Source of the DNA: an uncultured Erysipelotrichaceae bacterium
GTDB taxonomy: Bacteria; Bacillota_I; Bacilli_A; RF39; UBA660
Assembly: GCA_902788735.1 (NCBI GenBank)
Contig: CADALJ010000001.1
Coordinates: 4,005 to 68,004, forward strand
Direction: 5' to 3'
Length of the DNA: 64,000 nt
Shown: positions 60,003-64,000 of the stretch, in pieces
Layout: each line of letters begins with the position of its first letter
How positions within the stretch are numbered: the stretch's first letter is position 1
Notes under the pieces: generated by a model
Seen by the model: only the letters and a program-made list of their open reading frames with translations
Told to the model about the DNA's origin: nothing
Databases searched by the model: none
Position numbers and translations under genes: made by a program

Positions 60003-60051
60003 TTTCTTCTCTTTTTATTTTTCAATATAAATGGTATACTAATAATAGTAG

Positions 60052-60582
60052 GTGAAGTATATGAAAAAAGTAGTAAGTTTATTTTTATTTTTATCAGTTA
60101 TATTATTAATAACTGGATGTAGTACAAAGAAAGAAGAAAAAGAAGAAAAATCAAAAGGAAAATGTAAAATAGAAGAATGTATTAAATTGATAGGGCTAAA
60201 TGATAATTTAGAAAAAGTAAATGAAATAGTAGGTTTTGAAGGAACTAAAGAAGATAATACTTATTCTTGGAAATTAACTAGTAAACAAAAACTAGAGATA
60301 GTGTTTAGTGATACTAATAGTATTAAGATTAAAGTATTAGATGAAGAAATAAAGAATAATAAAACAAACTTTTCTAAATACTCTAAATTAGAAAAAGATT
60401 TAAAAGATGGAAAAGAAATAAAAATAGAGGATCTAAATAAAGCATTTAAATCAAATGGAGTATTAATAGAAAAAACATCTACTGAAGAAATATATAAATG
60501 GGTAGATAAAGAAGATTCTTACCTAGAAGCAACTATAAATGCTACTAATGGTAAATGTTATAAAATAAATGGACTAATATAA
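60052..60582 (+). CDS. lipoprotein (paralog B)
   Basis: Lipobox LITGC. KCKIEECIKLI..IVGFEG..YKW is paralogous to the previous gene. Confidence 0.6.
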   Translation: MKYMKKVVSLFLFLSVILLITGCSTKKEEKEEKSKGKCKIEECIKLIGLNDNLEKVNEIVGFEGTKEDNTYSWKLTSKQKLEIVFSDTNSIKIKVLDEEIKNNKTNFSKYSKLEKDLKDGKEIKIEDLNKAFKSNGVLIEKTSTEEIYKWVDKEDSYLEATINATNGKCYKINGLI

Positions 60583-60645
60583 AAAATAAGATATTGATTA
60601 ATATCTTATTTTTATTTATAATAACTAATTATGGGAGGTTCAGCA

Positions 60646-62399
60646 TGAAAAATAATCAAGTCGCAACAGAAGTTATTAAAATACGTTGGTTAGATGCATA
60701 TATATTTGTATGCCATAATGTAGTAACAGGTAATTATGATGAAGAACAAGGAATATTTACTGATATTTATGGCGAAGAATATTGTAATATGATGTCTGGT
60801 GATGCACTTACCACAGATGCTAAAGTAGTCTATAATATAATGGACATGGATAAATTAAAAAAATTAGATGTTAATAAAAATAAAAAAGTAAATGATATTA
60901 TTAGTGAGTATTATAAAGAAGTAGCAACAAAAGCATATGTTATAGGATATACAGATGAATATACTCCATATGTATATGCAATTAAATTAGATTTTTTAAA
61001 AGAAGAAGCAAATAGAATAGAATCAAATGGTTCAAAAAATGTAATTAATCCAAAATCTACAGAAAAATTAGAACAATTAATATTAGATACAATAGATGGT
61101 AAATATACAAAAGAACAATTAAAAGAAATGATAGAAGTTTTAGAAACTACCAAAGATACCATTGATAATACAATTGGTACAATGGAAACTAAAATAAGTG
61201 CTATAGATAGCAATATGAGTTTTAAAGATTATTTAAATGAACAAATAGAAAAAGAAAAAAATATAACAAAACCAGCAACATCTACAAACACTATTACTGA
61301 TATTGCATTAAAGGTAGCAAATGATCGTAAAAAAGAAGAAGAAAAGAAAAAAAATCCTCTTAAAGATCAAACTATCAAAAGAAAAGAATTAAAATATGAT
61401 ATAGAAGAAATATATAATAAAGTAAAAGAAACATTAATTGCTCAAGATGAACCATTAAAAAAAGTAATTACAGAAATAGTAAGAAAAGACATGGATCCTA
61501 GATTAAAAAGACAAGGTATTTTTATTACAGGTGCAACAGGAACAGGTAAAACAGAAATGATGCGTCAACTTGCTATGCAATTAAATAAAAAACTTATTAT
61601 AGTCGATTCATCTCAATTAACTATTGAAGGATATGTAGGAAAAGATATAGAAAAAGAATTATATGATTTATATGAAGCTTGTAATAAAAATATAGAAAAA
61701 ACAGAAGAAGCGATAGTTTTCTTTGATGAAATAGATAAAAAAGGAACAGAAAAACATGATGATCCAAACGGAAGAGGAGTACTAAACTTATTACTTAAGT
61801 TCATTGAAGGAACAACATATGATGCAGCTCCTAATAATAAATCAACAACTATAGTTCCGATAAATACATCTAATATGACAGTAATTTTTGGAGGGGCATT
61901 TACTGATGTATATAATCATTCTATGACAAGCAATATAGGTTTTTCTACAGAACCACAATCTAATAAGAAATATCATGTACCAGAACTAGAAGATTTTGAA
62001 AAATATGGAATGATGCCAAGAGAATTTTTAGGAAGAGTATTACATGTACCATTAAATCCTTTAAGTTTAAATGATTTAAAAAGAATACTATTAGAATCAA
62101 AAGAATCAGCAATAAAAATTCATGAAAAATTATTTAGAGAGTTAGGAGTACATATAATCTTTACTGATCAATTTATAAATAAAGTAGCAGAAAAAGCATA
62201 TTTAAGTAAAACAGGAGCAAGAGGATTAAATGATACGGTAAATGTAGCGACAAGTGAAGCATATGCTAAAGTATATATGGATTGTTATAAAAACTTAAAT
62301 AGTTATAAGGAAGTATTATTAACAGATAAAACAGTAGAGGATAGTTCTAACTATCAATTAGTAAATAGAAGAATAATTAGAAATAAAAATAAGAAGTAA
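60646..62399 (+). CDS. ClpX-like AAA+ ATPase paralog with novel about-300-aa N-terminal domain (no zinc-binding domain) and a retained IGF-type loop
   Basis: Walker A GATGTGKTE, Walker B VFFDEIDK, sensor/arginine finger KTGARGLN; NIGFSTEP aligns to the ClpX IGF loop GIGFGATV. GGGAGG RBS then ATG at 60646. Confidence 0.7.
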
Positions 62400-62401
62400 T
62401 T

Positions 62402-62827
62402 TTACTTCTTATTTTTATTCTTTTCTTCAACTTGTTTAATTAGTTTTTTCCATTCCTTTTTAGGCATGTCATAAGAATATTCTAATTTTTCAGGTTCATA
62501 ATAAATACATTCTGTTTCCTTTTTTATAGAATTTAAAATTTTACTTGCTTCATCATCATTAACTCTGCCAGATAGAGCATTCATAACTTTAAGCATGTTT
62601 TTTTGAACTATTTCGTCACAGTATTTAACTGCTTCCTCTTTAGTTTTTAATATACAACCATCATCTATTTTTATATTTTTATTATCTTTATCTTTATAAA
62701 AATAACCTTTCTTATTAGTATCTTTAGAAACTTTTCTATATACAGGTCTATTTCTAAGCAATACAAAATCATCAGCATAAAGCTTTTTTAATGCACCCTT
62801 ATATATAGTTACACTTCCTATTGCCAT
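62402..62827 (-). CDS. hypothetical protein (141 aa)
   Basis: GGAGGG RBS then ATG (MAIGSVTIY..); no motif. Confidence 0.5.
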   Translation of the reverse strand: MAIGSVTIYKGALKKLYADDFVLLRNRPVYRKVSKDTNKKGYFYKDKDNKNIKIDDGCILKTKEEAVKYCDEIVQKNMLKVMNALSGRVNDDEASKILNSIKKETECIYYEPEKLEYSYDMPKKEWKKLIKQVEEKNKNKK

Positions 62828-62947
62828 CAACTTTTCCCTCCAATGTAACCATATCATAACACCAATTTATTAGAGAGTAAATAAAAATAAATAAAAAAAT
62901 GTTGCATTTTTAAAAGTATTTTGATATTATTAATATGCAACTTATAT

Positions 62948-63024
62948 GGCGCTGTAGCTCAGTTGGCTAGAGCAATCGGTTCATACCCGATAGGTCGTGA
63001 GTTCGAATCTCTCCGGCGCTACCA
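62948..63024 (+). tRNA. tRNA with CAT anticodon (elongator Met or Ile2/lysidine)
   Basis: D-arm GCTCAGTTGGCTAGAGC, anticodon stem-loop ATCGG-TTCATAC-CCGAT, T-loop TTCGAAT, encoded CCA. The acceptor stem has two G.U pairs. Confidence 0.75.
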
Positions 63025-63116
63025 ATAAGTAAATAACTAACAGAAATGTTAGTTTTTTTTATGTATAAATATATGATATAATTAAAGAAATATTAATTAT
63101 AATGGAGATATTAAAA

Positions 63117-63557
63117 ATGAAAAATAAAATCATATATATTATATTAATCATAATAATAATTATTATTACTACAGGATGTAATTATAAAAATAATAATATA
63201 ATGAATAAAACAAAAGAGGTGACTAATAATTTGAAAATAAAAATAGAAGATAAAGAATATATAATTAATTTAGAAGAAAATGAAACAGTTAATGAATTTA
63301 TTAAATTATTACCTATAGAACTTAATATGAATGAATTAAATAATAATGAAAAGTATGCTTATTTAACTAATACTTTAAAAACAAATTCATATAATCCAAA
63401 ACATATAAATAGTGGGGATGTTATGTTATATGGAAATAATTGTTTAGTTATATTTTATAAATCATTTGACACAACATATAGTTATACTAAAATAGGTCAT
63501 ATTGATAATTTACCTGATTTGGGTGATAAAAATATAAATGTAAGAATTGAAAAATGA
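63117..63557 (+). CDS. lipoprotein (146 aa)
   Basis: Lipobox ITTGC; Asn/Lys-rich. Confidence 0.55.
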   Translation: MKNKIIYIILIIIIIIITTGCNYKNNNIMNKTKEVTNNLKIKIEDKEYIINLEENETVNEFIKLLPIELNMNELNNNEKYAYLTNTLKTNSYNPKHINSGDVMLYGNNCLVIFYKSFDTTYSYTKIGHIDNLPDLGDKNINVRIEK

Positions 63558-63619
63558 AATATACCCCCTCATTTACAATTTAAAATGAAATAATTTATAC
63601 TTATAATGGTGGTGATTAA

Positions 63620-63715
63620 ATGAAAGAATGTTGCAAAAAAACTGAAAGAAATGATGAAGAAAAGAAATGTAATTGTGATGAAACGTGTGATTGTGGATGC
63701 CACAATAATAAATAA
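63620..63715 (+). CDS. 31-aa Cys-rich peptide MKECCKKTERNDEEKKCNCDETCDCGCHNNK (metallothionein-like)
   Basis: Not in the ORF track. GGTGGTGA RBS 6 nt upstream; followed by the hairpin aaaggaacgatagttccttttattt. Shares the CxCDExCDCGC motif with the HisS tail. Confidence 0.4.
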   Translation: MKECCKKTERNDEEKKCNCDETCDCGCHNNK

Positions 63716-63745
63716 AGGAACGATAGTTCCTTTTATTTATGGGTT
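63716..63745 (+). terminator. intrinsic terminator after the Cys-rich peptide gene
   Basis: Hairpin aggaac-gata-gttcct followed by TTTTATTT. Confidence 0.5.
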
Positions 63746-63804
63746 GATACTTGAAATAATTAATAATTTAAGGTATTATAAATAACCAAGTAGGAGAATT
63801 ATCA

Positions 63805-64000
63805 TGAAAAATAAAGATGAATTAGTAAAACAAAAAACAAACTTATTGGGAGATATTGAAAAAGAGAAAGAAACACTACAAGATATAATAAATAGATATA
63901 ATGAATTAACTGAACAAATAAATATTTTAGAAAAAGATTTAGAAAAATATCAATATGAATTAGTATTAGGACTAGCACATACTCCAAAAAATGTAGAAGA
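63805..64000 (+). CDS. hypothetical coiled-coil protein, 3'-truncated by the window end
   Basis: AGGAGAA RBS then ATG at 63805; the ORF runs to the window edge. Confidence 0.4.

Noticed and set aside
60911-61804. Antisense ORFs inside the ClpX-like gene.
   Set aside because: Antisense to a gene with strong AAA+ motifs.
63802-63987. 61-aa minus-strand hydrophobic ORF at the window end.
   Set aside because: Antisense to a plus-strand ORF that has a good RBS.
1-64000. A search for CRISPR arrays, transposase/IS elements, rRNA genes and T-box or other classic riboswitch signatures.
   Set aside because: No regularly spaced direct repeats with unique spacers were seen. There are no DDE-transposase or integrase-like ORFs and no terminal inverted repeats bracketing an ORF. 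There is no T-box (AGGGUGGNACCGCG) or other classic riboswitch consensus. The window start lies inside hisS, so any hisS T-box would be upstream of the window.

Overview
This is a low-GC (about 28-30% GC) Firmicutes chromosomal segment, probably from a spore-forming Clostridia- or Erysipelotrichia-like organism. It has two parts.

Positions 1-47715 are core housekeeping genes:
- hisS (broken by a frame change near 940 and carrying a Cys-rich C-terminal tail) and aspS.
- A candidate 6S RNA, an unknown protein and tcdA.
- lexA, a divergent small SOS-type membrane ORF, polA and mutM.
- An sRNA or leader with a terminator, upstream of a Fic/RhuM-like gene; then pyk.
- gmk and tmcAL on the minus strand.
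- A permuted dcw cluster: murG-murB-ftsQ-(membrane protein)-ftsA-ftsZ, then mraZ-rsmH-ftsL-PBP, a 4.6 kb block of unknown genes, lysR, a SpoVD-like PBP, mraY.
- yneF, uvrC, a solitary prepilin gene, mutL, miaA, rpsT, spoIIP, yidD, rnc, rnj, and tRNA-Arg(CCT).

Positions 47716-62947 are a roughly 15 kb accessory island bounded by tRNA-Arg and a tRNA-Met/Ile2(CAT). No integrase is visible in it. It contains:
- two XRE-type regulators;
- a phage-like lysis cassette (membrane/coiled-coil protein, holin-like protein, M23 peptidase);
- a phage tail-collar domain protein immediately upstream of a 2065-aa RHS/YD-repeat polymorphic toxin that lacks a signal peptide;
- a membrane immunity-like protein after the toxin;
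- orphan small genes and two paralogous lipoproteins;
- a ClpX-like AAA+ ATPase that keeps an IGF loop and has a novel N-terminal domain.

Past the tRNA lies a lipoprotein gene and a 31-aa Cys-rich peptide gene. The peptide shares a CxCDExCDCGC motif with the HisS tail.

The most notable candidate system is the lysis-cassette plus tail-collar plus signal-less RHS toxin locus. I read it as a possible holin/peptidoglycan-hydrolase-dependent (type 10-like) or phage-tail-associated toxin release module. The other leading candidates are the ClpX paralog, the Cys-rich modules and the candidate 6S RNA.
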